DNA from: Thiotrichaceae bacterium UBA7357
GTDB taxonomy: Bacteria > Pseudomonadota > Gammaproteobacteria > Eutrophobiales > Eutrophobiaceae
NCBI GenBank assembly: GCA_002470825.1
Contig: DKOR01000017.1
Span: 5,015-69,014 of the forward strand
Length of the DNA stretch: 64,000 bases
Reading direction: 5' to 3'
The notes beneath the pieces were generated by a model, which was not told where the DNA came from, searched no databases, and saw only the letters and a program-made list of their open reading frames with translations. The position numbers and the translations under genes are program-made. Below, piece after piece: positions 43,030 through 53,511 of the stretch. How positions within the stretch are numbered: position 1 is the stretch's first letter; each line of letters opens with the position of its first letter.

Positions 43030-43572
43030 TTATAGTTGAATCGGAGCATCGCCTACATCACTCTTAAAACAGCTCAGGTAAGAAACATAGACATTAGCGC
43101 TGACTACTGGGATCAGCACCAAATAACCGAGCATGAGTGGTATAGCAGCTATAATTGCCAATATAGAAACAACAATGCCATACAAAATAAAGGGTAATAG
43201 ATTTTTAGACAAGCATTAAAACTCAATAACATCGCCAAAAGTGCCGTTTCTTCACTGGAGATTGTAATAGTAGGAGCAAACCATATCGCCAAACGTTTAA
43301 AATAAGGCGCCTTTAAACATATGTCGGAACTCGAATGATCTACCTTCTTTATGGGCAACACACCCGAGCATATAACCGCCGACAAAGACCGGGCTAAAAA
43401 TGTATACTACAACTTCACCGAAAAGAATAAGACTGAAGCCAAATGAGATCAAAAAGCCCACAACCGTTGCAACAATCCAACCAAGTGGATTACGTTTAAA
43501 ATAGGACCATGCTTCTGCAATCCAAGCAGATCCACTGCTAAAACTCCTAGACTGAATTGACATATTCATCAC
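43030..43572 (-). pseudogene. Disrupted BPSS1780-family membrane protein
   Basis: Three family-like pieces in different frames: AWIAEAWSYFKRNPLGW..., LAIWFAP...SFNACLK and NLLPFILYG...YVSY. A 1-nt loss in an A-run at about 43202-43206, and the middle part appears to be missing. Confidence 0.7.
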
Positions 43573-43714
43573 ATGTCTCCTCGCTTGTGATAGAGAACTG
43601 CTTATCTATTTTTAGTACTTGCATCATTAATAACACATTATAAGTTATTGTAGCATGTGAAATGATTTACAATAAAATGTAATGTTTACTTTCTATTGCA
43701 TTCAAGGGGTCTAC

Positions 43715-44530
43715 ATGGAAATCAAAGATAGAGTTGCATTAGTTACTGGCAGCGCGAGTGGTATTGGTCATGCTGTTTCATTTGAATTAGCAAAACGTGA
43801 AGTTAAAGCAATCGCAATGGTTGATATTATTCCGGATGTTGAAATTGTTGCAGAGCAACTCAATGACGAAGTAAACACCACGATTGCTGTTCCTTTTCAA
43901 GGTGATGTAACTGATTATAAATTTCGCGAGGAAGTATTCGCGACTATGTCAAAAGACTATGGCATGGTCAGTATCTGCGTGCCAGGAGCAGGTATTACAC
44001 GTGATTCACTTGCAGTTAGAGTCGATAAAGAAACAAAAAAAGCGAGCATTTATTCAATTGAAGATTTTAAAAAAGTCGTTGATATTAACCTTATCGCACC
44101 TATTTATTGGGCAATGGAAATGATCGCTAAGATTGCAGAAGATAGAGCTCAACGTGATCAAAAAAAGTGGGAACCGGATGAAGGCGTTCAAGGAGCCATT
44201 GTATTTATTGGTTCAGTCTCTTCAAAGGGTAATAAAGGACAAGTATCTTATGCCTCGACTAAATCAGGTATTGAAGGCGCGTCAGCAACATTGAGCAAGG
44301 AAGCTATTTTTCATGGTGTTCGTTGTAGTGTTATTCATCCTGGCTTCACAGACACATCTATGGTGAAAGCAATGGGAGAAGAATACATTCAAAAATATAT
44401 ACTACCAGAAACTCAATTAGGCCGTTTAATCCGGCCAACTGAAATAGCTGAGGCTATTTGTTTTATGATTCATAATTCTGCTGTCAGTGGGACATTATGG
44501 GCTGATGCGGGTTGGCACCCATCTCCCTAA
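43715..44530 (+). CDS. SDR family oxidoreductase (FabG-like)
   Basis: TGSASGIG, AGITRD, YASTK and HPGFTDT motifs; the ATG at 43715 follows AAGGGG. Confidence 0.9.
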   Translation: MEIKDRVALVTGSASGIGHAVSFELAKREVKAIAMVDIIPDVEIVAEQLNDEVNTTIAVPFQGDVTDYKFREEVFATMSKDYGMVSICVPGAGITRDSLAVRVDKETKKASIYSIEDFKKVVDINLIAPIYWAMEMIAKIAEDRAQRDQKKWEPDEGVQGAIVFIGSVSSKGNKGQVSYASTKSGIEGASATLSKEAIFHGVRCSVIHPGFTDTSMVKAMGEEYIQKYILPETQLGRLIRPTEIAEAICFMIHNSAVSGTLWADAGWHPSP

Positions 44531-44566
44531 AAAACATTTAAAATAGCTTCCTTCATCTAAATGAGT

Positions 44567-44914
44567 CTATTCTTTACTTTCAGCACAAATAATGCAAAGT
44601 AAGCTAGACGAATCAAACTTCAACCGTGCTTTTGAAATTGGTTCATCGCATTCCAGACAATCCCCAAAATGACCATTATTAATCCGCTCTATAGCCGCAG
44701 TAATTCTTAGTATTTCGTCTTCTCTTCTTCGTTTCGTCTCTATCGACATAGCCTGTGCTTGCATTGCATCCATTCTGGAGAGCCTGCCAACACGGGCTTG
44801 ATCCAGCTCGATAGGTCTTGCAGCAGCATTACCGATCTCAGCAAGCTCATTTAGCTCAATTAATCTCTTCGTGAGTCTTTTTTTGAAAAAATGAATATCT
44901 AAATTTTGTTTCAT
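44567..44914 (-). CDS. TraR/DksA C4-type zinc-finger protein
   Basis: ELDQARVGRLSRMDAMQ coiled coil and CLEC...CIIC zinc finger. Confidence 0.88.
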   Translation of the reverse strand: MKQNLDIHFFKKRLTKRLIELNELAEIGNAAARPIELDQARVGRLSRMDAMQAQAMSIETKRRREDEILRITAAIERINNGHFGDCLECDEPISKARLKFDSSSLLCIICAESKE

Positions 44915-44939
44915 GATCCTGCTAATTTATACAATATAG

Positions 44940-45305
44940 CTATGGACAGGACTCATTACTATAATCAGTTAATATAATTTTTTTCAAATCTGGATATGCT
45001 TCATCACGAAAATAATTCCAGTTTTCCTGATGCAGCGTATCAAAAGTTCCACCATTTTTTACATCTACAAAAACCCATCGCTTGAGATCACTATCAATAG
45101 ACTTATGTTTGATACAGGCTAAAATCCATTTCGCATTGAACCCCATCTTTAATATTGAAGCTTCTATCATGGTAATTTTATCATGATTAATTACAAAATA
45201 TTCACCCGAATCATTTTGCTTTAATACATGACGCCCAGGCAAATCTTTTGCAAATAATGTACTCGAGATGAGTATTGTAAAAAGTATTACCACAATTTTA
45301 TTCAT
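44940..45305 (-). CDS. Hypothetical exported protein
   Basis: GAGGG SD site, signal peptide ending in LFA, two Cys residues. Confidence 0.7.
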   Translation of the reverse strand: MNKIVVILFTILISSTLFAKDLPGRHVLKQNDSGEYFVINHDKITMIEASILKMGFNAKWILACIKHKSIDSDLKRWVFVDVKNGGTFDTLHQENWNYFRDEAYPDLKKIILTDYSNESCP

Positions 45306-45644
45306 GACGATTTAAACCCTCAAATTAAAAAAATAAAAATAATCCTTCATAATGTAAATATCATCACCCTTTGTCAATCTCGATTAAGATACTAAATTGA
45401 TAAAATACTATATAATGTCTATTTAAAATAGGAACAATATAAACCCACATAAAGAATAGTAAGAAAACATTTTAGGAAATGTAGAAATGTCCAGTATGTA
45501 TTTTGTAAGTCTATTTTTTATGAATAAATGAGTATCGAATTAGGACAAAACTGAAATTAGATCAACATTATTGATATTGATGTAAAATAAAAAGAAGAAT
45601 TTAAATTTGTACTAATTAAACTCTACCATTAATCGCAATACCTA

Positions 45645-46328
45645 TTGATTTTTATAGATACAATAAGAAATTTAAGGAAGCCTGTAACTGTGAAAAATAT
45701 TGTTGAAAAAAAGCACCATCCACGTTTGTTGGGAGAATATTTGTCATGTTCACGTGGCTCTATCAGAGTTGCAATGCAAAAGAAGCATGAGGCCAAAGCA
45801 CTTGGAAATAAGCAGAAACGAATAGGTGAAATATTAGTTGAACTCGACGTAATCAAAGAGGAAGACTTACGAAATGCGTTGCGTCAGCAGCGTGCGGATA
45901 GGATTGGTTTGTGTCCTGTGTTTGAATCTCTAAGTCGAACAGAATTGATTGGGATTGGTAACTATTTTTCTGAAGTAAGTCTTACAGCAGATAATCAATT
46001 TATATTTGAAGGTAAAAATGATCCAACGTTATACATACTTGTTGGAGGAAAACTAGAAGTTTTTACTAAAGATCATGATGGGAACGAAATTCATATTGCA
46101 TTTGTTAATCCAATAGAGCCTATTGGTGAGATGGGCTATTTTCAAGATGGTATTAAGACAGCTTCTGTCAGGACGGTTATTCCAACCGAATTATTATCAT
46201 CTGGATACAAAAATCTGACTCATTATTTTGAGCATGTCCCTCACGTAGCACATGCATTCTTAAGTGTCATAAATCGCCGTCAAGCTGAGACTATTCAACG
46301 AATAAAAGAAGCTGAAAATCAGCATTGA
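45645..46328 (+). CDS. MshEN-like + cyclic-nucleotide-binding domain protein
   Basis: RIGEILVELDVIKEEDLRNALRQQ MshEN-type motif; cNMP motifs LYILVGGKLEV and GEMGY..KTASV; no HTH. The start codon is uncertain (TTG). Confidence 0.75.
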   Translation: MIFIDTIRNLRKPVTVKNIVEKKHHPRLLGEYLSCSRGSIRVAMQKKHEAKALGNKQKRIGEILVELDVIKEEDLRNALRQQRADRIGLCPVFESLSRTELIGIGNYFSEVSLTADNQFIFEGKNDPTLYILVGGKLEVFTKDHDGNEIHIAFVNPIEPIGEMGYFQDGIKTASVRTVIPTELLSSGYKNLTHYFEHVPHVAHAFLSVINRRQAETIQRIKEAENQH

Positions 46329-46352
46329 CTGAAGAACTTCACTGAGTATAAT
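46325..46352 (+). promoter_or_regulatory. Sigma70 promoter of the cold-shock gene
   Basis: TTGACT-N16-TATAAT, implying a 5' UTR of about 110 nt, typical of csp genes. Confidence 0.6.
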
Positions 46353-46471
46353 CTGAATCGGCGGAAAGAATTGTTTCGATAATGCTAATAACCAAGCAAA
46401 AAGCAATATTCATAACTCGGAGAACGATCTTTTTGAATTTTGTACTTTTAAATTTTTTATAGGTAATAAAT

Positions 46472-46681
46472 ATGTCTGATTTAGTTAACGGTAAAGTAAA
46501 GTTCTTTAATGATACAAAAGGTTTTGGTTTTATTGAACAAGAACAAGGTCCTGATGTGTTCGTACATTTTAGTGCAATCAGTGGTTCTGGCTTCAAAACA
46601 CTTGCCGAAGGTCAACAAGTACAATTCAAAGTTACTGCTGGTGAAAAAGGTCCTCAAGCAGAGGACGTTACTCCCGTATAA
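46472..46681 (+). CDS. Cold-shock protein (CspA family)
   Basis: GKVKFFN, KGFGFI (RNP1) and DVFVHFS (RNP2) motifs. Confidence 0.96.
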   Translation: MSDLVNGKVKFFNDTKGFGFIEQEQGPDVFVHFSAISGSGFKTLAEGQQVQFKVTAGEKGPQAEDVTPV

Positions 46682-47202
46682 AGCATTTAGCTCTTAGTTC
46701 TCATAGACATTGATGTGACAGCTCCAATTTAAAAGTTCACGATTCATTCTTTCGTATTACGTATACGCAAACTCGGACTTTTTCTTCAAACTGAGATGCA
46801 AGTCAGTTTAAATAACCCTCTGCCGATACTACCTCCCATATTCATGAAAAGTTCAAAATAAAAGCTAAAACAATTATCGTATCTATTGTTAATTTGTTAG
46901 TAGTACAATTCTTTTTCAGTTACAGTATTTTTGTTTTCATCGCTAGACCCGATTTAAGAACTACTTCTTCGTAAATTTTAGTAAAAAATTAAGTGATTTC
47001 GTAGCTATGTATTAATTAAGAAAATTTGCTAATTCAGAAATATCTGCATTTTTTGATTTTAGTATTTGCATTACTAAAACACAAAACACAAAGCATATTA
47101 TTCATATCAAAGAATATGAATAATCTAATGCTTGTAAATATATACTGCTCTGGAATAAAAAAGTTATAATGTATGAAATAAAGAAATTTGGAGTATAAAT
47201 CA

Positions 47203-48192
47203 GTGGAATTTTTAATTGAGTACGGTATGTTCCTAGCTAAATTGCTTACAGTTGTATTAATAATATTATTCGCCATAGGTGTAATAATCTTCATTATTTT
47301 ACGTGCTAAAGGTGATAGTGAGCAACTTAACATCAAAAATATTAATGAAAAATATGAAGCTATGAGCTTAATGCTCAATTCACAGGTGCTTGGTAAAAAA
47401 GAATTTAAAAAGTACCTTAAAATACAAAAACAAAATCATAAAGAAAAGGATAAAACAGTTTCTGTTGAAAAGAAAAATATATATGTCTTAGAATTTAAAG
47501 GAGATATCAAAGCTAGCACGGTGTCATCATTAAGAGAAGAAATAACGGCTATATTAACAATTGCGGATAAAAGAGATGAAGTCGTTGTTATCCTTGAGAG
47601 TGGTGGTGGTACGGTTCATGGTTACGGATTAGGTGCATCACAATTGAAACGTATTCGTGACAAAGAGATTATGCTTACAGTTGCCGTTGATAAAGTTGCT
47701 GCTAGCGGAGGCTACATGATGGCATGTGTTGCAAATAATATTATTGCAGCGCCTTTTGCGGTTCTTGGTTCAATTGGTGTATTAGCCCAAATTCCAAATT
47801 TCCATAAGTTGTTAAAAAAAATGGATATAGATTTTGAACAGATAACTGCTGGTGACTATAAAAGAACCCTAACAATGTTCGGTGCAAATTCAGATCAGGA
47901 TAGAGAAAAATTTAAAGAGGAATTGGAAGAGACGCACCATCTTTTTAAGGAGTTCGTAAAAGAAAATAGAGAAATCATAGACATTCACAAGATTGCAACT
48001 GGAGAACATTGGTATGGAAAAAGAGCAATTGAGCTCAATCTAGTAGATGAATTAATAACTAGTGATGATTATCTATCTACTGCAGCAAAACAAGCAAACA
48101 TATTTGAAATAAAATACGAACGTAAGAAGCCTGTTTCCGAAAAATTAATTTCATTTGGGGCTAACATTTTAAGTACAATTGATGGTCGTTAG
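47203..48192 (+). CDS. sohB: S49 family protease SohB
   Basis: A GTG start after GGAG gives MEFLIEYGMFLAK; LESGGG.VHGYGL and DKVAASGGYMMAC motifs. Confidence 0.93.
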   Translation: MEFLIEYGMFLAKLLTVVLIILFAIGVIIFIILRAKGDSEQLNIKNINEKYEAMSLMLNSQVLGKKEFKKYLKIQKQNHKEKDKTVSVEKKNIYVLEFKGDIKASTVSSLREEITAILTIADKRDEVVVILESGGGTVHGYGLGASQLKRIRDKEIMLTVAVDKVAASGGYMMACVANNIIAAPFAVLGSIGVLAQIPNFHKLLKKMDIDFEQITAGDYKRTLTMFGANSDQDREKFKEELEETHHLFKEFVKENREIIDIHKIATGEHWYGKRAIELNLVDELITSDDYLSTAAKQANIFEIKYERKKPVSEKLISFGANILSTIDGR

Positions 48193-48206
48193 TCAACAGC
48201 TGGTAT

Positions 48207-49454
48207 TTAAAGAATACTTTTTAATTCTTTTGCTATTAACTTGATACCTTTCTCAACAATTTTTTCATTCATTGAATACGTTATACGGAGGCATTGATGT
48301 TTATGTTTCCAATCTTCTACAAGCCCAGGAAAAAAGTGTGAACCTGAGATAACAATAACCCCTCTTAATTTTAAACGCTCGTATAACTCATCTGAACTTA
48401 TTGGTAACTCTGGCAGCCAAAGCCATAAAAATATGGCACCTTCTGGTTTATGTATATAATATTCCAATCCATCAAGCTCTTTGTGTATTATTTTAACAGC
48501 ATGCATTACTTTAGCTTGATAATAGGGTTTGATTTGAAATTGTGATAATCTTAGTATCTCACCACTACTAATTAGATCCTTTGTTATCATTGCACCAAAA
48601 TTACCCGTAGCAAGATTGATTACAGCATTCATGTTTCTAATCAGGTTTATTACTGGTTCATCTGCTATAACTATACCGGTCCGAGTTCCTGGTAACCCCA
48701 CTTTGGATAGGCTCATGCAATAAATAATATTTTTATTCCATATAGGATTAGTTTCAGTGAATATTATATTAGGAAAAGGTTCACCATATGCATTATCGAT
48801 AATAAAAGGTACGTCATGGGTTTCAGCCAACGATAATAGTCTCGATATTTCAATGTCTGATAGGACATTCCCCGTCGGATTTGTTGGCCGTGATACACAC
48901 ATTGCTGCAGTATTCTCACGTATATTCATATCATCAAAATTAACATGGTACTTGAAAAAATGATTGTCCTGCTTCTCAATCAACGGCCTATAGGAATAAA
49001 ATAAATCATCACTTAAACCAACATCAGAATAACCAATATATTCTGGTGTCATGGGCAAAAGTATTTGTTTATGAATACCCGTTTCATCTTCGCCGCCCAG
49101 CATATTGAACAAAAAGAAGAATGCAGATTGGCTACCAATCGTTAAAGCAACATTTTCAACTTTGATACCCCATTGATATTGCTTATTCATTAACTCGACT
49201 ATGGCATTAATGAATTCTTGATTACCCTGTGGTAATTCGTAATTACCAACCGCATGTGCAAATAAAGTTGGGTTTTCAATCAATCGATGTAGTGAATCTC
49301 TAAAGTATTGTTGTACTCCTGGAATATGGCTAGGATTGCCTCCTCCCAACATCAATGCATCGGAATTACCAGACATAGCGTTACCCAAATCATCCATAAG
49401 CTGAACAATGCCAGATTGACTATCAAAACGAGATGCAAATTTTGAGAAATTCAT
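48207..49454 (-). CDS. avtA: Valine-pyruvate aminotransferase
   Basis: GIVQLMDDL, MLGGGNP, SRPTNPTGNV, IDNAYG and SLSKVGLPGTR motifs. Confidence 0.93.
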   Translation of the reverse strand: MNFSKFASRFDSQSGIVQLMDDLGNAMSGNSDALMLGGGNPSHIPGVQQYFRDSLHRLIENPTLFAHAVGNYELPQGNQEFINAIVELMNKQYQWGIKVENVALTIGSQSAFFFLFNMLGGEDETGIHKQILLPMTPEYIGYSDVGLSDDLFYSYRPLIEKQDNHFFKYHVNFDDMNIRENTAAMCVSRPTNPTGNVLSDIEISRLLSLAETHDVPFIIDNAYGEPFPNIIFTETNPIWNKNIIYCMSLSKVGLPGTRTGIVIADEPVINLIRNMNAVINLATGNFGAMITKDLISSGEILRLSQFQIKPYYQAKVMHAVKIIHKELDGLEYYIHKPEGAIFLWLWLPELPISSDELYERLKLRGVIVISGSHFFPGLVEDWKHKHQCLRITYSMNEKIVEKGIKLIAKELKSIL

Positions 49455-49510
49455 TTAATACTTTAATCGATTATACCAATCAGGATTAACTGAACAGATA
49501 TAAAGCAATG

Positions 49511-50683
49511 TTATTTGCGTCGTTTAAGTTTTTTAGCTGCAATATTTTTACCTATCATGATTAAGCAGATAACACGCTCTGCTGCATTTGCGATATATGT
49601 TCTCGAGTTTCTCATTGCTTCATCCAATGGCATTCCTCGCGCATAAGCACTTTCTAATCCATCGATACCATGGGCAAACATGGCATTAGCGTCATCAGCA
49701 ATAGTACCGCCAATAGCGACTGTAGGCACATGATGTTTTTTTGCAACCTTAGCCACACCTGAAGGAGTTTTACCAAAAGCTGTTTGAGAGTCAACACATC
49801 CTTCCCCAGTTATAACTAAATCAGCACCTCTTAAATGTTGAGCCATATTAGTAGCTTCTATAATTAGATCAATTCCACTTTCCATTCGTGCTTGAGTAAA
49901 TGCCACCAGTCCAGCACCTAATCCACCAGCAGCACCAGCGCCTTTTAAATTAACGACCTCTTTCTTCAAATCTGCTTTAATAATTTTTCCTAAATGATTG
50001 AGGTTAGACTCTAGTATTTTAACCATTGTAGGCGAAGCACCTTTTTGAGGCCCAAAAATATTTGATGCGCCAGTTTTACCACATAGTGGATTATTAACAT
50101 CACTTGCTATGATGATTTTTACTTTTTTTATTAATGGGTTAAGAGATTTTATATTAATACTATCAATTTCATGAAGCATACCACCAGCACCATGTTTCAT
50201 GATCTCTTTACCGTGTTTATTGATGAAACGAACACCTAATGCTTGTGCCATTCCAACACCGCCATCATTCGTTGCTGAGCCTCCTATACCAATAATGATT
50301 TTCGTTGCCCCTCGCTTGGCAGCATCTAAAATAAGTTCGCCTGTACCATATGTTGTTGTCTTTAGTGGGTTCATTTTTTTACCACTGACAAGTGGTAATC
50401 CTGATGCCTCGGACATTTCGATTACTGCTGTTTTACCATCGACTAACATTCCATAACGAGCAGAAACAGGTTTACATGCTGGCCCAGTAACACGCTTACG
50501 AATAAACTTCCCACCAATGGCATCAACCAATGATTGTACTGTTCCTTCTCCGCCATCTGCCATAGGGATCTTGATACAGTTTGCTTGAGGCAAGACTCTT
50601 TTAATCCCTTTTTCCATTGCAGTAGCAACTTGCAATGCTGTTAAGTTTCCCTTAAACGAATCTGGTGCAAGAATAATTTTCAT
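49511..50683 (-). CDS. Glycerate kinase (GlxK/GarK family)
   Basis: APDSFKG, PMADGGEGT, GIGGSATNDGG, FGPQKGA and ITGEG motifs. Confidence 0.95.
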   Translation of the reverse strand: MKIILAPDSFKGNLTALQVATAMEKGIKRVLPQANCIKIPMADGGEGTVQSLVDAIGGKFIRKRVTGPACKPVSARYGMLVDGKTAVIEMSEASGLPLVSGKKMNPLKTTTYGTGELILDAAKRGATKIIIGIGGSATNDGGVGMAQALGVRFINKHGKEIMKHGAGGMLHEIDSINIKSLNPLIKKVKIIIASDVNNPLCGKTGASNIFGPQKGASPTMVKILESNLNHLGKIIKADLKKEVVNLKGAGAAGGLGAGLVAFTQARMESGIDLIIEATNMAQHLRGADLVITGEGCVDSQTAFGKTPSGVAKVAKKHHVPTVAIGGTIADDANAMFAHGIDGLESAYARGMPLDEAMRNSRTYIANAAERVICLIMIGKNIAAKKLKRRK

Positions 50684-51216
50684 AAAATAATCGACCTAAG
50701 GCAACAAAAAAAATAATTAGTTGATGTAAAAAAACATATTATAACTAATACGCAAATTTTCAGAGGTATTTTTATCTAACTTAGCATTTTAAATTAAATA
50801 GTTTAAGATATTTAAGTGATATTAAAATACCTTTTCACATCTAGAATTAAAGCTATAACAATTATTAGTCATTCTGGGAAAAGAGTCATATATTATAAGA
50901 AAAGAATTAAAATTATTAATAGAACACGTCCAGATTGAGTCTTACTATATGCTAATTGCTATTGTTTTTTTCGGTGATTTTATCAACAGAAAGAGTACTA
51001 TCATTTATTTCGTAAATGGTAATCTATGATGATAACAGATCATGCTAGCAACCTGACTCCTAATTTTAGACATTCAACAGAACATAGCCATATCGACAAG
51101 GAGGCATTAAACTATATCTATTGAACTTCACTTGGATGAAGTCATCTGCATATATATAAAAAGATATAATAATAATTTTAATTCGCAATAAAATAGTTCA
51201 ACGGAGATTAATCATA

Positions 51217-51762
51217 ATGAATGACCTTAAGCTAGCCCTCTTAAGTATATTACTTATTCCTTCATTCGTGTTTGCACATGGACCATCTAGACAAAAAGCA
51301 CTTGTGTCAATTGAAGTCGAAGCTTCACCGGATAAAGTTTGGGAGGTTATAAGTGACTTTTGCTCTATCGAAAAATGGAATTCCATGGTAAAGACATGTA
51401 GTGCAAGCCAAGATTCAAAAAAAGGTTCAATTCGAATCATTGAATACGACACAGGTGAAAGTGTGTCCGAAAAATTGTTCAAGCATGACGCTGTTAATAT
51501 GAAAATTTTGTATGCAATGGAACAATTAGAAAAAGGTCGCATAATAAAAGGTCTCCCAATTGCGACATTGAGTACTGGCATCTCCGTCACATTAGTTGAT
51601 GATGGAACAAGTACATTAGTACAAATGAAAGGTGCTTTTTATCGAGCCTTTCCTGGGCCAACACCTCCAGAAGATCAAACTGATGCTGCTGCTATTGAGG
51701 CAGTGAAAATTCTTTATGAGACTGGTTTAGAAGGTATAAAAGTTGCTGCTGAAGGAAAGTAA
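51217..51762 (+). CDS. Exported SRPBCC protein, MxaD-like
   Basis: Signal peptide followed by HGPSRQK; ASPDKVW...DF and GAFYR...PPEDQTDAAA..GL resemble MxaD of methanol dehydrogenase clusters. Confidence 0.75.
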   Translation: MNDLKLALLSILLIPSFVFAHGPSRQKALVSIEVEASPDKVWEVISDFCSIEKWNSMVKTCSASQDSKKGSIRIIEYDTGESVSEKLFKHDAVNMKILYAMEQLEKGRIIKGLPIATLSTGISVTLVDDGTSTLVQMKGAFYRAFPGPTPPEDQTDAAAIEAVKILYETGLEGIKVAAEGK

Positions 51763-51805
51763 TAATATCAGTATAGTACTAAAGAACACTCAGGCCTAAC
51801 TACAT

Positions 51806-52759
51806 ATGATTGTAATAAAAGTAGTCATATCATTACTAATATTAAGTTGGGTTTATACTCTACAAGCTCAACCTTACGCCTTTATCACAAATCAAGGTAA
51901 TGACTCTGTTTCTGTTATCGACACACACACAAATAAAGTTATAAAAACAATTAGGGTTGGCAATAAACCTGCTGGCGTTGTTGTCAGTAATGATAGTAAA
52001 CGCGTATACATTAGCAATCCGGAAAGCCAAGATATCTCTGTTATTGATACTGAGTCTCTTTCTGTCATAAAAACAATCAATGTAGGTGAAGGACCTTTAG
52101 CTATTGCAATTAGTCCTGATGATGAATCGGTATATGTTGCAGACTGGTATGAAGATAATGTTTATATTATTGATACAGATTCCTTAAACGTAAAAATAAA
52201 GATTAGCGTTGGTGACTCTCCTTCAGGAGTCGTAGCAGATCCCAATGGATTATTTTTATATGTCGCAAATCGTGATGATAATACCGTCATGATTATTGAT
52301 CTGAGCGACAATATGATTATTAATATAATAAACGTAGGTAAAGCACCGTTTGGTATAACTATCGATGCGGAGAGAAAAGAACTATATAGTGCTAATGTAC
52401 AGTCTGGTGATGTTAGCGTAATTGACTTATATCAAAAAAAGACAATTAAACATATAAAAGTTGGAGATTTTCCTTACGCTATTGAGGTCGATAAAAAGAA
52501 TAATCTTCTATTTGTCACAAACCAACGTTCAAACACCGTGTCAGTTATTGACCGAAATATCTTGAAAACTATTAGTCACATCGAGGTTGGTGAATACCCA
52601 GAGGGAATTAGCTTACATCCAGACAAAAATAGACTCTATGTTGCTAACTGGTTTGATAACATAGTCAGTGTTATTGACGTTAATTCATTAGAAGTAATTG
52701 ACGAAATAGAAACTGGAGATGGCTCTCGAGCCTATGGGCAATTCATTTCCAAAAATTAA
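51806..52759 (+). CDS. Exported YVTN/YncE beta-propeller protein, MxaE-like
   Basis: About seven repeats of (Y/F)V(T/A)N...VSVID...I.VG..P; directly follows the mxaD-like gene. Confidence 0.8.
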   Translation: MIVIKVVISLLILSWVYTLQAQPYAFITNQGNDSVSVIDTHTNKVIKTIRVGNKPAGVVVSNDSKRVYISNPESQDISVIDTESLSVIKTINVGEGPLAIAISPDDESVYVADWYEDNVYIIDTDSLNVKIKISVGDSPSGVVADPNGLFLYVANRDDNTVMIIDLSDNMIINIINVGKAPFGITIDAERKELYSANVQSGDVSVIDLYQKKTIKHIKVGDFPYAIEVDKKNNLLFVTNQRSNTVSVIDRNILKTISHIEVGEYPEGISLHPDKNRLYVANWFDNIVSVIDVNSLEVIDEIETGDGSRAYGQFISKN

Positions 52760-52814
52760 CAGTTACAGTACTATTACATTATGTGTCGATTATTAATATT
52801 ATTGGAGAAATATC

Positions 52815-53477
52815 ATGGCATTAGAAGTTTATTGGGGTAGCGGTAGTCCTTATGCTTGGCGAGTCTTATTAGGGCTTGAAGTCAAAAAAATTGAGTATGA
52901 GAGTAATCGTTTGAGCTTTACTGATGAAGATCTTAAATCAGACGAATACTTAGCCATTAGCCCGCGCGGAAAAGTTCCTGCAATTCGAGACGGTTCAGTT
53001 ACAGTGCATGAATCGATTGCAATATTACGCTATCTGGAAGACTTGAAACCGGAACCTATCTTATTTGGTAACGATCCATCAGAGCGTAGCAAAATTTGGT
53101 GCTCAATTATGGAAATCATGAATTATATCGAGCCAAGTATTTTAGATTATGCCAGAACTATATTTTATGAAGAGTTGTCTGATAAAAAGCAAATCGCTAT
53201 AAGAGCCAGAAAAGCTATTGAGGATGAATTAACTATTCTTAATACAAGTTTAAAAAACAAAAACTATCTTGCATCCGATAATCTTTCCGCTGCTGATATT
53301 ATTCTATATCCAGTAATACCTTTTTTATCTCGAGCAGCAATGAAAGAGAATACTGAAGAAGTAAGCGGCAAATTAAGAGCGATTGATGATAACTACCTCG
53401 CCGTTGGAGCCTGGTGCAAAAGAATTGAGTCTATACCGGGCTTTGAAAAGACATACCCACCTCACTGGAAGGAATAA
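52815..53477 (+). CDS. Glutathione S-transferase family protein
   Basis: SGSPYAWRV, PRGKVP, HESIAILRYL and LSAADI motifs. Confidence 0.92.
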   Translation: MALEVYWGSGSPYAWRVLLGLEVKKIEYESNRLSFTDEDLKSDEYLAISPRGKVPAIRDGSVTVHESIAILRYLEDLKPEPILFGNDPSERSKIWCSIMEIMNYIEPSILDYARTIFYEELSDKKQIAIRARKAIEDELTILNTSLKNKNYLASDNLSAADIILYPVIPFLSRAAMKENTEEVSGKLRAIDDNYLAVGAWCKRIESIPGFEKTYPPHWKE

Positions 53478-53511
53478 AACTGCTACTAGAAGATTTTGAA
53501 GGAACCATCAA

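Noticed and set aside
51806-52759. Periodic ~125-bp similarity that might suggest an array
   Set aside because: Explained by beta-propeller blade repeats within a coding sequence; there are no identical repeats with unique spacers, so it is not CRISPR.
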